Numbered from the stretch's first letter, positions 9,905 through 20,935 are shown. The stretch: DNA of 64,000 nt from Candidatus Bathyarchaeia archaeon (GCA_038883655.1 JAVZLQ010000003.1:227735-291734); one strand, 5' to 3'. Numbers and translations are program-made. Notes: generated by a model not told the origin, from the letters alone.

Positions 9905-11083
9905 TCACTCCCTCAAATCAACCCATTCAGTTTCTTTTTCCATTTTGCCATCACGCATCCACTTCATCGCTTTTTTAATAACCTTCTCAATTGTTTTGTA
10001 TGTTACGTCTCTCCCACCCAGACCAGCAATGAAACCGGCAACTGGTGGATGGTCTTTTTGGTTTAAGATTGATGCTTTAATTTCTGTTGCCAGGAAGCCT
10101 TCCATTCCGAAGGATATGTGACGATCTATTGTTACAAGCATCTGCGCTTGCCTTGAAAGCCTTATGACCTCTTCAATTGGGAAAGGGCGATAAACACGGA
10201 TTCTTGCCGCTCCAACTTTCAGCCCTTCATTACGTAAATGGTCCACAGCGATTTTTGCTTCGCTCCCCATTGTTCCCATGGTGAAGAGGATTAAGTCGGC
10301 ATCTTCACAAAGGTATTTTTCGATTAGTCCGCCATAACGAAAACCGAAACGTTTGGCGTATTCTTCGTCAATTTTTGGGATAAGCTTTTTTGCGTTTTCC
10401 ATTGCCTCCTGAATCATGTAACGGAATTCCATGTACCATTCAGGTGAAACCAGATTTGCATGTGAAATTGGGTTGTTAACATCTAGCGTCCAGCCAGACT
10501 TGTAAGGTGGTAGAAAATCATCAATTTCCTTTTGATCTGGGATTTTTACGGGCATGTATGTGTGTGAAAGGATAAAGCCTTCAAGGCAAATCATAGCTGG
10601 CAGGAAAACGTGCTCATCTTCACAAAGCCTGTACGCTTGAATTATTGTATCAAAAACCTCTTGGTTGTCAGCACAGTAAAACTGTATCCAACCAGTATCA
10701 CGCTGAGAAAGGGAGTCGCTAAAGTCAGGCCAGATGCTCCATGGCGCGCCCATCGCACGATTAACAACAGCCATAACCACTGGTAGGCGTGAACCGGAAG
10801 CCCAATGTAAAGCTTCATGCATTAACGCCAGCCCATGGGCAGATGTTGCAGTAAAAGTTCGTACGCCAGCAGCGGCTGCGGCTATGCACGCGACCATAGC
10901 GCTGTGTTCGGACTCAACGCGGATGTATTCCGCGTCCATCTCCCCGCTTTCAACGAATTCTGCGATTTTCTCAACAACTGTTGTCTGCGGTGTTATGGGA
11001 TAGGCAGCAACTACTTTGACGCGCGCTGCTTTCGCAGCGTAGCCAGCAATATGATTTGCCGTGTCAATTAGCATTTGCGCCAT
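9905..11083 (-). CDS. porA: 2-oxoacid:ferredoxin oxidoreductase alpha subunit
   Basis: YPITPQT, ESEHSA and GLGGRD motifs. Confidence 0.92.
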   Translation of the reverse strand: MAQMLIDTANHIAGYAAKAARVKVVAAYPITPQTTVVEKIAEFVESGEMDAEYIRVESEHSAMVACIAAAAAGVRTFTATSAHGLALMHEALHWASGSRLPVVMAVVNRAMGAPWSIWPDFSDSLSQRDTGWIQFYCADNQEVFDTIIQAYRLCEDEHVFLPAMICLEGFILSHTYMPVKIPDQKEIDDFLPPYKSGWTLDVNNPISHANLVSPEWYMEFRYMIQEAMENAKKLIPKIDEEYAKRFGFRYGGLIEKYLCEDADLILFTMGTMGSEAKIAVDHLRNEGLKVGAARIRVYRPFPIEEVIRLSRQAQMLVTIDRHISFGMEGFLATEIKASILNQKDHPPVAGFIAGLGGRDVTYKTIEKVIKKAMKWMRDGKMEKETEWVDLRE

Positions 11084-11085
11084 CT

Positions 11086-11370
11086 TTATACCTCCTCCCT
11101 CTGCATTGTTATCGCTTTTACTGGGCATTCATTAGCGCATATTCCACAGCCCTTGCAGTAATCATAATCTATTACCGGAGTATCATCATCCTGTCGCGAT
11201 ATGGCTGCGTCTGGACAATAAATCCAACAAAGTGCACAGCGTGTACACTTAGCGTAGTCAATTTTTGGGCGAAACGTTCTCCAAGACCCGGTTTTTCCCA
11301 TGCTGCCCACAGTGGGGATTGATAAGGGTGTCAAAGGCATTTCTTTCATGGTTTTAGGAATTCTATACAT
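11086..11370 (-). CDS. porD: 2-oxoacid:ferredoxin oxidoreductase delta subunit (2x[4Fe-4S])
   Basis: TGSWRTFRP and two CxxCxxCxxxCP motifs. Confidence 0.93.
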   Translation of the reverse strand: MYRIPKTMKEMPLTPLSIPTVGSMGKTGSWRTFRPKIDYAKCTRCALCWIYCPDAAISRQDDDTPVIDYDYCKGCGICANECPVKAITMQREEV

Positions 11371-11376
11371 GTGATT

Positions 11377-11934
11377 TCACCATCCTTTTATGAGGCGGTT
11401 ATAGGCAAGTTCTGCTGCTTGCGCGTTCTTTTCGCCAGCAGCCCCAGTCCACGTCTCTTTTATAACTTTTAAGATACTTTGCAGTTTAACTTCACCAGTC
11501 GCCCTCGCAAATGCTCCCACAATTGCGGAATTAACAACTGGTAGCCCGGCAACAAGAAGGTTTAATTCCAGCGCAATGCCAGTTGCATCAACTGTTGCCA
11601 TTCGCCAGCCTTTAATTTCTACTTCCTCTGGTTTTTTTGTGGTGTTCATTACGATTATCCCGTCTTTTTTCAGTCCTTCTGTTATGTCGACAAACTTGTG
11701 GATTGCTGGGTCAAGTACGATAACGTAGTCTGGATTGTAAATTTGACTATGAATAAGTATCGGCTCGTCACTTATTCTTGCAAATGCCTTGACTGGGGCG
11801 CCGCGTCTTTCAGCGCCGAAATATGGGAAAGCTTGAACCCATTTCCCTTCAACAAAAGCCGCATGTGCCAACAACTCCGCAGCAGTAACGCCTCCTTGCC
11901 CACCTCGCCCATGAATACGTATTTCTTTGAGCAA
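11377..11934 (-). CDS. porG: 2-oxoacid:ferredoxin oxidoreductase gamma subunit
   Basis: HGRGGQG and FGAERRGAP motifs. Confidence 0.93.
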   Translation of the reverse strand: MLKEIRIHGRGGQGGVTAAELLAHAAFVEGKWVQAFPYFGAERRGAPVKAFARISDEPILIHSQIYNPDYVIVLDPAIHKFVDITEGLKKDGIIVMNTTKKPEEVEIKGWRMATVDATGIALELNLLVAGLPVVNSAIVGAFARATGEVKLQSILKVIKETWTGAAGEKNAQAAELAYNRLIKGW

Positions 11935-11992
11935 CGCCTCTCCCTTCTATTTGAGAGTGAAATTGGACTGCTTCGCTCTTATTAGTGTTAGC

Positions 11993-13819
11993 TTAAACTA
12001 GCGCCAAAATTAACATAAGAAGCGCGCCGCTAGTTGCAAAAATTGGAATCACCACGGCTTTTGCTCTTTTAAGGGTCTTATCTATTAAAAGGCACAGCTT
12101 TGCTAGCGAGCTTTCCCCAATAACTCTGATATCAGAAACAGTTATTGCACGGGAAGCAACGGTGGCACGTTCCATGTTGCCTAAGGCTTTTTTTGTTGCT
12201 TCTGTTATGTATGCAATTAGCTTTTCGTGGTCTATAACTTCGCCCACTGGGTGGTAACCGCGTTCATTTAAGACTATAGCGTTTACAGAGTGTGTGTCAG
12301 TTGTGAAAACTTCGCTTTCGTCAACACCGATTAAACGAAGCGCAGAAAGTATTTTTTCTCGCAACCCAGAGATCATATTATTACCGTCGATAACCACATA
12401 AGCGGTTTTCTGTTTGCCAACTCTAACGGTAACAACCGTGATGCCACCTTGCCCAATGCCATCCATAAGGCTAAACTCGCTTGGAAAGACTGTGGCAGCG
12501 CCAACTTCAAAGGGTAAACGCTTCAAGGAAACGGCCTTTTCAAGGCAGGATGAAGCAACATTCTTCAGTGAAGCAACCATTTCGTCCATGTCCAACGTTC
12601 CATCAATGCTGTTGTGCGCATTAATAATAACACAGTGTTCTAGCCCTAGTTTTTTAGCCTCTTGGCGCACTATAGCACCCAATTCTTGGGGGAAATCTTC
12701 TGTTGTTTTTGGTGCAAGTGTGAAAGCAATAAAAGCCGTTTTCCCGAAAATTTGGCAACATGCAGTTGCTTTGTCATCGCTAACTTTGATAAACGGGGAA
12801 GCCCTGTCCTCAAATACGTTAAAGTGTACGTTTTCAGCTATGCTTCTTATCGTTTTTTCATTTTGACGTTGAGAGGCTAGGTCAAACTCGTGACCGAGCA
12901 AGCCATGCGGAACGCAAACGGTGCACCCGAGCATTTCTTCCAAAGATTTCTTTATCATAAAGGGGAGAAGACTGCTTCCCACATTTTTGAAAGGTCCAGG
13001 GTGAACACAAGGCACAACCACAAGCGATTTAGGTTCTTTAGAGCGGAATTCGATTAAATCGACTTTGACATCCCGGTTTTCGCCTAGTTCCTCCAAGATT
13101 CTCTCAAATGGTTCGTTCAAATTTGTAATCCAATTAAGCAAAAAAGCCTTAAAAATCGATAAGCCCGAAAGCCCAATTACTTTAACTCCAACCTTGTTTA
13201 TTAAATGGGTAAAGAGTATACTTGAAGTGATGCTGATTGCCACTGCTGGTACTAGAAAAATAATGGAAGGAAATAGTGTAGAAGCGTCTGTCAACGTCCA
13301 TATCAACATAAATAGAAAGTAACACGAAAGTGGGTTAAGCAGCGATGCCATGAAAAGTTTCTTGGTGTTTGAGGGTGATGTGGAGAGAAGCACGGTTAGG
13401 CGAAACATCATTGCAGCAGAAAAACCTAAAAGGCATAGTTTAACTCCCCAAAGTTTACCCAAAAAAGGAGAGGACACGCTGCCGAGAAAGATGAAGAAAA
13501 GCCAGACGCCCCAACTGAATATGGATAACCCCGTTGTTCTCCTCACGTCATAGATAATGTCACCCCTTAAAATTAACGTACTATTGGCATAGTCAAAAAT
13601 CATAGTCATAAAAAGCAACAAAGCACCCAGAAGCAAACCCCATAACAAGCTAACCGGGAAGGGGAAAAGGACTAAAGTGAAAAGTTTTCCTACAACAACG
13701 CATAATAAAGCCAGAATAAGAACCATCGTACTGTAAGCTGGAAGTTTGAATAGTGAGGAGTAATGTTTAACGGCGCCGTCCATGAAATTGTTGAGAGCTT
13801 GGAAGGATTTGCCCGCCAC
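11993..13819 (-). CDS. DUF2070-family membrane protein
   Basis: N-terminal TMs; VHPGPF, HEFD, NAHN, DGNN and TDTH motifs. Confidence 0.85.
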   Translation of the reverse strand: MAGKSFQALNNFMDGAVKHYSSLFKLPAYSTMVLILALLCVVVGKLFTLVLFPFPVSLLWGLLLGALLLFMTMIFDYANSTLILRGDIIYDVRRTTGLSIFSWGVWLFFIFLGSVSSPFLGKLWGVKLCLLGFSAAMMFRLTVLLSTSPSNTKKLFMASLLNPLSCYFLFMLIWTLTDASTLFPSIIFLVPAVAISITSSILFTHLINKVGVKVIGLSGLSIFKAFLLNWITNLNEPFERILEELGENRDVKVDLIEFRSKEPKSLVVVPCVHPGPFKNVGSSLLPFMIKKSLEEMLGCTVCVPHGLLGHEFDLASQRQNEKTIRSIAENVHFNVFEDRASPFIKVSDDKATACCQIFGKTAFIAFTLAPKTTEDFPQELGAIVRQEAKKLGLEHCVIINAHNSIDGTLDMDEMVASLKNVASSCLEKAVSLKRLPFEVGAATVFPSEFSLMDGIGQGGITVVTVRVGKQKTAYVVIDGNNMISGLREKILSALRLIGVDESEVFTTDTHSVNAIVLNERGYHPVGEVIDHEKLIAYITEATKKALGNMERATVASRAITVSDIRVIGESSLAKLCLLIDKTLKRAKAVVIPIFATSGALLMLILALV

Positions 13820-14080
13820 ATGTACCCTCTCGGTAAGTCTTCAATGAGAAGCTCACTCGCATATTAAAATGTCGCAAGTCTCTGCAGAAAGGATCCTAAT
13901 GAAATTTAGGACAACCTCCTAAATAATCGGTAAAAGAGACGCAAGCCAATTTTACATAAAACTGGAAACAGAGAGGCAACGTTAAAGCATTACGGATGAT
14001 TGTATACATTAAAAAGCCATGGTTTGCCGAAGAGCAACGGTTTTATCTTCAAAGCGACTACTATGCATTTTGCGAACTGC

Positions 14081-14368
14081 ATGCCGGAACAAGAAATTCC
14101 GCCAACAATATTCCATATGCTCGAAAAGAATTTGGGTAAAAAAATACGTGTAATCTTAGACCCCTCCTATGGTTTTGAAGGGGTGCTCGCAGCGGTTACA
14201 CGCGAGCCTTCTGGCATATGGCTCTCAGATGCAGAGGCCATAATACTGCGTTCAACAATCGCGCAACCAATACCACAAGTTGCTGGTAGAGAGGAAAGAA
14301 GCGAGATATTTGTCCATTTAAACTCTGTTCAGAGAATAGAAGTTTTACACGCGCCTTCAAGGCGTTAG
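14081..14368 (+). CDS. Sm/LSm-like small beta-barrel protein
   Basis: LEKNLGKKIRVILD..FEGVL..LSDAE..IFVHLNSVQRIE resembles the Sm1/Sm2 motifs. Confidence 0.6.
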   Translation: MPEQEIPPTIFHMLEKNLGKKIRVILDPSYGFEGVLAAVTREPSGIWLSDAEAIILRSTIAQPIPQVAGREERSEIFVHLNSVQRIEVLHAPSRR

Positions 14369-14376
14369 ACAAAATG

Positions 14377-14544
14377 TTAGAAGAAGACGTTTGCTAATAT
14401 GCAGATTATTATTAGGGTTATTGCTAAGCCAACAAGAAGTTCTGGCCTAACTTTTACGCCCTCCGTTTCCTCTTCAAAAAAGCGCAGTAATCCCGCACTT
14501 GCTGCAGGCATGGGCGCTGAACGTTCCTTCTTTTTCTTGCTCAT
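14377..14544 (-). CDS. secG: Protein translocase subunit Sec61beta
   Basis: Manual translation MSKKKKERSAPMPAASAGLLRFFEEETEGVKVRPELLVGLAITLIIICILANVFF; not in ORF track. Confidence 0.92.
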   Translation of the reverse strand: MSKKKKERSAPMPAASAGLLRFFEEETEGVKVRPELLVGLAITLIIICILANVFF

Positions 14545-14655
14545 TGCGGACACCTTTTAATTCGATATTTCAACATTCGGCATTATTAATGTTATGTTTA
14601 TTTCGAAAGAGTTTTTATTTCTGAATAGCCGATATTGTGGTGCAAGGTGTCGTCG

Positions 14656-15972
14656 ATGGAGATGTACCGCAAAGAATATGATTACGTGTTTGATTTGTTG
14701 CAGAGGCACCACAAATGGTTTAAAGAATGTATTCCGCTAATAGCAAGCGAAAACATCCCAAGCCCAGCGGTTAGGGAAGCTCTAACAACAGACTTTGGAA
14801 ATCGCTACGCTGAAGGTTGGCCTGGAGAGCGCGTTTATGCTGGATGCCGCTTCATAGACCAAGTAGAGTTCAAGTGCATCGAGCTTATGAAAAAACTGTT
14901 TAGGGCAGAATTTGTTGATGTTCGCCCAATTTCCGGAGTTGTTGCAAACCTTGTTGTTTATACAGCGTTTACCGAGCCTGGCGACACCATGATGGCGTTG
15001 TCAATACCATGTGGAGGGCACATTACGATGGGAAAAAAGGAGCTTGGCGGGACAGCTGGTGCCGTTCACGGTTTGATTGTGGAGTATTTGCCGCTTGACT
15101 ACAAAGAGTTGAATATTGACGTGGACAAGGCAAAAAGTAGAATTGAAAAACTTGCGGCGGAAGGAAAACCACCAAAGCTTGTCATGTTCGGCGCAAGCGT
15201 TTTCCCATTCCCACATCCAGTAAAAGAATTGGCTGACGCAATAAGGGCTGTTGGTGGAACTGTTGGCTATGACGCGGCGCACGTTGCTGGACTAATTGCG
15301 GGAGGACAATTCCAAGATCCTTTGAGAGAAGGTGCAGACGTCGTCAGCTTAAGCACACACAAAACATTTTTCGGTCCTCAGCATGGCGGGGTTTTATCTT
15401 GGGAAAAATACGCAGATAAGCTAAAGCGGGCAACATTTCCAGGAATGGTTAGCAACCACCACTTACATGCGGTTGCGGGTGTAACAATTGCGTGCGCAGA
15501 AATGTTGGAGTTTGGAAGGGAATATGCAAGTCAAATAATTAAAAATGCTAAGGCGTTAGCACAAGCACTATACGAGAGAGGATTCAACGTTTTGGCAGAG
15601 CATAAGGGTTTCACGGAATCCCACGTAATCCTAATAGACATAACAAAGCATGGAGACGGTGGAACAATCGAAGAGACCCTTGAAAAGGCAAACATAATTA
15701 TTAACAGGAATTTGTTGCCGTGGGACATTAAAGAAGGTAGGCACTTCATGCACCCGGGTGGAATAAGGCTTGGTGTTTCAGAGGTTACAAGGCTTGGGAT
15801 GAAAGAGTCGGAAATGACGGAAATAGCGGAGTTCATAAAGCGCGTAGTAATTGACAAGGAAGAACCAGAAAAAGTAAGAGGGGACGTAGCGGAGTTTAGG
15901 AAAGATTATCAAAAGGTTCATTACTGTTTTGAGAACAGCACGGAAGCATATGAGTATATAAAAATCCGCTAA
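14656..15972 (+). CDS. glyA: Serine hydroxymethyltransferase (archaeal type)
   Basis: LIASEN, YAEG, STHKT and GIRLG motifs. Confidence 0.97.
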   Translation: MEMYRKEYDYVFDLLQRHHKWFKECIPLIASENIPSPAVREALTTDFGNRYAEGWPGERVYAGCRFIDQVEFKCIELMKKLFRAEFVDVRPISGVVANLVVYTAFTEPGDTMMALSIPCGGHITMGKKELGGTAGAVHGLIVEYLPLDYKELNIDVDKAKSRIEKLAAEGKPPKLVMFGASVFPFPHPVKELADAIRAVGGTVGYDAAHVAGLIAGGQFQDPLREGADVVSLSTHKTFFGPQHGGVLSWEKYADKLKRATFPGMVSNHHLHAVAGVTIACAEMLEFGREYASQIIKNAKALAQALYERGFNVLAEHKGFTESHVILIDITKHGDGGTIEETLEKANIIINRNLLPWDIKEGRHFMHPGGIRLGVSEVTRLGMKESEMTEIAEFIKRVVIDKEEPEKVRGDVAEFRKDYQKVHYCFENSTEAYEYIKIR

Positions 15973-16029
15973 ATATTGAAGTTTAAACGGTTGTGATAAG
16001 GGTAAATAAAAATTAAGCAAGCGATAACA

Positions 16030-16461
16030 TTGGAACTGGCAGTGTGGACTATTGGACACAGCAATCGTTCCATAAACGTTTTTCTTGAACTTTTAAGAGA
16101 GCATGAAATCCAAGTTTTAGTGGACATTCGCAGTTTTCCAACATCAAAAATTGAACACTTCAAAAGGGAAAACATGGAAAAGTGGCTTCCGGAAAACGGA
16201 ATAGAATATGTTTGGTTGGGAAAGGAGTTGGGCGGATACCGCAAAGGCGGCTATAAAAGGCATACGCGAACCAAACTTTTCAGAGAAGGCGTAAAGAAAC
16301 TTCTAGATATAGCTGCCCAGAAAAGGGCATGCATAATGTGCATGGAGACAAACCCAAAATACTGCCATAGAAGGTTCATTGCCGCACACTTAGAGAGGAA
16401 AGGAGTGAAAGTAGTTCACATAATTTCGAAGGGCCAGCAAAGCCTTATACGCATGGTTTAA
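16030..16461 (+). CDS. DUF488-family protein
   Basis: TIGHS, VDIRSFP, LGG and MCME..CHR motifs. Confidence 0.9.
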   Translation: MELAVWTIGHSNRSINVFLELLREHEIQVLVDIRSFPTSKIEHFKRENMEKWLPENGIEYVWLGKELGGYRKGGYKRHTRTKLFREGVKKLLDIAAQKRACIMCMETNPKYCHRRFIAAHLERKGVKVVHIISKGQQSLIRMV

Positions 16462-16506
16462 GGTTTTAAAACAGCAAAGGCAGATACTGTTTCAGCTGGG
16501 AAGGAT

Positions 16507-16794
16507 ATGCGCATACTTGAATTTCAAGAGCTAATGCGACGCTTATATTTTCACAGAGACTCACGGAGAGGCATAGAGAAGACTTTTGAATGGTTAGTGG
16601 AGGAGGTTGCAGAACTAGGAGAAGCATTAAAAGCCAACGATAAAAAGGCTTTAGAAAATGAGTTTGCAGATGTTATTGCATGGCTTGCTTCACTTGCAAA
16701 CATTGCCAACATAAACCTTGAAAAAGCAGCCCTCAGCAAATACGATAATAAATGTCCAAAGTGTGGGCAAGCACCATGCCAATGCACTTTTTAG
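16507..16794 (+). CDS. MazG-like nucleotide pyrophosphohydrolase with C-terminal Zn knuckle
   Basis: EEVAEL..EFADV; CPKC..CQC. Confidence 0.9.
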   Translation: MRILEFQELMRRLYFHRDSRRGIEKTFEWLVEEVAELGEALKANDKKALENEFADVIAWLASLANIANINLEKAALSKYDNKCPKCGQAPCQCTF

Positions 16795-16804
16795 GCGACT
16801 AGCG

Positions 16805-17068
16805 TCAAATTAGACGTTTCTGTCCTAAACCAGTAAGCGTCCAAACATTTGGTTTGCTTCGTTTACGCTCAACTATCCCTTCAACTTCTAAAAGCCTCAA
16901 ATGATGCATAACAACATTGTAGTGCATCCCTGTTTGCTCAGCAAGCGTTTTCGCGTCGGTTGAACCTTTATCTAAAGCGTTCAGTATCTTTGTTCTTGCA
17001 AGAAGCCCACGTTTAATATTTTTTACCTCCGTCAAGTATGCTTTGGGGTGATAGGGTTCCTTTAACAT
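16805..17068 (-). CDS. ArsR-like winged-helix protein
   Basis: RTKILNAL..AKTLAEQTGMHYNVVMHHLRLLEVEGIV. Confidence 0.82.
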   Translation of the reverse strand: MLKEPYHPKAYLTEVKNIKRGLLARTKILNALDKGSTDAKTLAEQTGMHYNVVMHHLRLLEVEGIVERKRSKPNVWTLTGLGQKRLI

Positions 17069-17107
17069 ATCATCATATTTTATGTTCGTGAAGCTTGAAA
17101 AATTTTC

Positions 17108-20100
17108 TTAAGAAAAGTCCGTCAAGCTTATTTGCCTCGGTTTTTTGCTCTCGAATAAAGAGTTAATTTCCTCTTTAACTAGTAAGATTCTCTGAGCATA
17201 ATACTGCGGTAGTCTATATTTCTCAACCAAGCTTTGCGCTGCCTCAAAGTATTTTTCGATGCCGCCGCGGTAAACAGTTAGAGTTAATTGTCCTCCACAA
17301 TGAGCGCAAACACCGCGTAGTGGAATACGACGGTAACGTTTGTTGCAGGATTTGCATCTTACGCCTTGCGTGGAGAATGCGCGCATATTTCCAGCTATAT
17401 CACGCATAAAATGTTTAGTTAGCACTTTCAGGGCTACTTTTCTAGCGTTTACCGCCTCAACTTTCTCGGCAAGTTCAAGCTGACTGTTCAGCTTATCAAT
17501 CATGGTCTTAAGTCGTTTATAGGCGCTTTCGGGGTTTCCATGATTTATGTTTGAAACTGGAGTTGTGAACTTAAAGCCTTCAAACTGCGCCTCTGTTCCA
17601 AGTCTATGTCCAACGAGGTCTATGATGCCGCTTACCTGTTTGGGCTCGGTTCCATTCCAGGTTTTCTCATAAAATTCTAAGGGATATTCGCTTGCAACAT
17701 CAAAGTCGTGGGCTTGCCTTTGAACTTCAGCCGTGTTAACAATAGGTACTAGCAGCAGTGGAGCGTCCATTATTCCACCTATCTGTGATGGCAAGTATTC
17801 GCAGGAAAAGTTGATTAGCGTATCCAACACAAGCATCAAGGAGTCCTCATCGCCGTCGCAGTCTCTTCGCTTTGCAGAGTGCCATATGGGATGCGCATAA
17901 CAAACGTTTAAGTTTGTAAAGCCAATGATGCGCCCCAAAATTCCAACAGACGTATGAGGCGCCAAGCCGACAACAAGATGCCCTACGAGTTCTTCCACTT
18001 GCTTTATGTTGTAGTATGGGGCAAGCCCGTAAACTTTGGTTAAAAGCTCATCGATAAAGTTTGCAACTCGAACGAGGTATTCACCACACTTCAGCGGGAT
18101 AATAACATCTTGCACTTTCAGCTCGCAAACTTGTTCATCGCTTGTTAGCGGTGCACCAAACATGTCATGCGTGTAACCTATTTGCCTAAGCTTTTCATGG
18201 GGAACACCAATTTCAGAAGGTTTAAAGTGCGTCAAAGGCGCGTTTGTAATGTCGAAGCGTATTGTTCCATCCTTGTAAACGGACAAGTCATACTTTGCCC
18301 GAAGAACGCCTTTCTCGATTATTTCCGGAGTTTTTGTTTCATTTGTTAGGCCTTTTACGCCTTTCAAAACTTTAGGAATGGAGACTCCGATGTTGGCACA
18401 AGCTTTTTCAAGAATTTCTTTGAAGTTGAAAACTTGCTTTTGGTAAGCTTTAGTTGGAACTTTACAGACTGGGCACTTGTCTTCCTTCGAGTTTCTGCCG
18501 CATTTCGGGCAAACCCTCTCAAGAATTGTCTCTACTCCGCAACTGGGGCACTTTACTCTGAAGGTAATGGAGTTGCATGCCGGACATTTGCGTTTAACAA
18601 TTTCTACTGAGTAAGGCTCCTTTTTTGCTGCCTCTATAATATCCCTTTGAGAACCGCCGCCCAGACCAACTGGAAACAGAACGTGGACAAGCGGTTTCAT
18701 TTCTCTCCTTTTCGCCTTTTCTGGACGCCCCATCCTCGCTCCAACAAAAGTGAGAGCTTTATCCCTTATCTCAAACCCTGAAAGCACGCTAACCACCTTG
18801 GTAATGTGCTTGTCAGATGGCAAATCCACATCTTCCGTCGAGCCGTAACGCAAACAAACAGCAAAAGCATGCGCATCTTCACCTTCGATAACAATCTTAT
18901 CGCCAAGGACCCTGTGAGGCAAATAAACTGCCTCTAGAGCACGTTTAACATGCGGATCGTTATCGCCAACGATTTCTTGGACCAACCCGTTCTCATACCT
19001 CACCTTTGAACGGGCAAGCCACGCCCTAATCACCTTAACATCCTCAACCGAAGCGAGATTAGACCAGAAAAACGTAAACGCTGGATGCAAAGGCACATGT
19101 AAAACTAATGAAAGGTCAATAGCCTCTTTTACCGTGGGTTTTTTGGCAAAGGGCTCCTTCAAAAATGCGTTAAGCCTATCGACGGGGATACAAACGGCCT
19201 TAGAAGCCTCCTCAACGTCCCCATTAAACTTTTCAATAATTGCCCGTTTTAAGTCTTCGACCCACCATTCTTCAACATATCCCGAGGGCAAAAGCGCCTT
19301 ATTATTGTATAAGAAGTCTCCAAAGCTGATCAAAATATCTCCAAGAAACAGAACCTTTGAAACTTGATCCTTCACCACGTTAACATCTTCCAAAGTAACA
19401 CGAACAACCGAACCATCCCTCAAAAGCACCACAGGTGGCTCCAAAGAATCAACAGGTACCGCGATGCCGCCTTTCCCTGGAAGTTCAAGGCGCATCTGGG
19501 TGCCCGCCGCGAGAAAACTGTTAAGTATAAACATTGTTGCCGGATGAACCCCAACGGCAGCCAATCCAGTGTTGCGAGCTCGCCCATATCTTAAACGGAA
19601 ACCGCCACGACTTGAGGCAAAGCAAAAGATGGGGCGTCCAGCAATAACGTCGTCCATGAATCCAGACGCTTTCTTCTCGGATTTTTTGCGGAATTCCTTA
19701 AGCCAATCCCACCCTTGAATGCCAAGTTTCTCGACGATCGCATAGACTTTAGGCGCCCTACCAACAACACCATCATTCACAACCCGCAAGGCTCCACCTC
19801 TAACACGGTTAGTTTCTATGCGTGGAAGATTGCGGAATGTTGAAACTTCATAAGGGTCGGATTCTGTGCCCGTTACTTCCACGGGCAACCATTGAAGCGC
19901 TTTCAACAATTCCTCATCGGAAACGTGATACTGAAAGCGTCCAACAGAACGCTCGTAAAGGCGTATCTCCTCAATAAAGCGAAGCATTTCCTCTTCTCTA
20001 GGCTTGTAGCGATCAAGTCCAAGAAGGCGTCTGACAAAGTCGCCGATAATTAGTGTTAAAGCTTGGTCCGTGCCGCCAGCAGACCTAATTGGACCAGCAA

Positions 20101-20530
20101 AGTATATCGCTAGATAACGCGTTCTGTCAAAATTTGTCTTAATTTTCACTTCTGCGACTCCTTGAAGCGGTGCGGCTGTAACGCCCTCCGTTAATATTGC
20201 AAGGGCTGTCCTTATGGCTTGTTCTGCTGCTGCTTCAGCTTCCATGTGCCCAAATTTGCCATAAACTATTTCCTCTGCAATTTTAAAGGCTAATTCCTCC
20301 CTTGGAAGCTTTTCGCTCAGTTTTCTGATGCTTTCAGCAACACCCTTCGGTCCAACGAGTCCCTCCACAAGATCAGCCAAATCCCGCGCAACCTTGCATT
20401 CTGGCTTAAGCGCTGGGTCAAACCCTCTTTCTCGTGCCTTTTCGCTCACGCTATATAGTCGCCAAAATTCCTTTTCGAGACTTTCAACATAGCGATGATA
20501 AGCTTCACTCATTTGACTGTTCAATTGCAA
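17108..20530 (-). CDS. polC: DNA polymerase D large subunit DP2
   Basis: GPIRSAGGT, RLRYGR, catalytic RRDCDGDED and C-terminal Zn fingers; no intein. Confidence 0.98.
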   Translation of the reverse strand: MQLNSQMSEAYHRYVESLEKEFWRLYSVSEKARERGFDPALKPECKVARDLADLVEGLVGPKGVAESIRKLSEKLPREELAFKIAEEIVYGKFGHMEAEAAAEQAIRTALAILTEGVTAAPLQGVAEVKIKTNFDRTRYLAIYFAGPIRSAGGTDQALTLIIGDFVRRLLGLDRYKPREEEMLRFIEEIRLYERSVGRFQYHVSDEELLKALQWLPVEVTGTESDPYEVSTFRNLPRIETNRVRGGALRVVNDGVVGRAPKVYAIVEKLGIQGWDWLKEFRKKSEKKASGFMDDVIAGRPIFCFASSRGGFRLRYGRARNTGLAAVGVHPATMFILNSFLAAGTQMRLELPGKGGIAVPVDSLEPPVVLLRDGSVVRVTLEDVNVVKDQVSKVLFLGDILISFGDFLYNNKALLPSGYVEEWWVEDLKRAIIEKFNGDVEEASKAVCIPVDRLNAFLKEPFAKKPTVKEAIDLSLVLHVPLHPAFTFFWSNLASVEDVKVIRAWLARSKVRYENGLVQEIVGDNDPHVKRALEAVYLPHRVLGDKIVIEGEDAHAFAVCLRYGSTEDVDLPSDKHITKVVSVLSGFEIRDKALTFVGARMGRPEKAKRREMKPLVHVLFPVGLGGGSQRDIIEAAKKEPYSVEIVKRKCPACNSITFRVKCPSCGVETILERVCPKCGRNSKEDKCPVCKVPTKAYQKQVFNFKEILEKACANIGVSIPKVLKGVKGLTNETKTPEIIEKGVLRAKYDLSVYKDGTIRFDITNAPLTHFKPSEIGVPHEKLRQIGYTHDMFGAPLTSDEQVCELKVQDVIIPLKCGEYLVRVANFIDELLTKVYGLAPYYNIKQVEELVGHLVVGLAPHTSVGILGRIIGFTNLNVCYAHPIWHSAKRRDCDGDEDSLMLVLDTLINFSCEYLPSQIGGIMDAPLLLVPIVNTAEVQRQAHDFDVASEYPLEFYEKTWNGTEPKQVSGIIDLVGHRLGTEAQFEGFKFTTPVSNINHGNPESAYKRLKTMIDKLNSQLELAEKVEAVNARKVALKVLTKHFMRDIAGNMRAFSTQGVRCKSCNKRYRRIPLRGVCAHCGGQLTLTVYRGGIEKYFEAAQSLVEKYRLPQYYAQRILLVKEEINSLFESKKPRQISLTDFS

Positions 20531-20611
20531 CTCACACGCTCCACAATACTGTTGGAAGCTATTTTTGCTTTTACAACAAGTTCACGTCAAAGAAGCAAAA
20601 GCAAATATCCT

Positions 20612-20935
20612 TTATTCCGTATGAATTCTACATAAAAAGAGCGCAGCCCATTTATCCTTTTTATGCCCAGTTGCGTTTTGATACGCTTCCTTCGCAATTC
20701 TACTTCTTTTTCCAACGCATTCCTCGCAACGCTTATGCCTAACATCCGATGGACCATCGCACACTCCGCAGTTTAGCAATAAAACTTCGCCCAAGCCTCT
20801 GATTGTTGTCCAAGCATATTCATGCTCGTCGTACTGCGGTTCAAAATCAGGCCAAGTCACGTAGACGCCTTCATCACCCAAAACTTTCTTTAAAGCTTTA
20901 AAGTAGTTTTCAAATGCCGTCAAGGCTTCGCTCAC
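20612..20935 (-). CDS. Hypothetical protein with CxxC...CxxC
   Basis: Overlaps the GGGPS stop codon; CGVC..RCEEC. Confidence 0.7.
   Translation of the reverse strand: MSEALTAFENYFKALKKVLGDEGVYVTWPDFEPQYDEHEYAWTTIRGLGEVLLLNCGVCDGPSDVRHKRCEECVGKRSRIAKEAYQNATGHKKDKWAALFLCRIHTE

Noticed and set aside
17108-20530. Intein in DP2 (also checked Cdc6)
   Set aside because: Lengths are normal and catalytic motifs are contiguous, with no splicing motifs.
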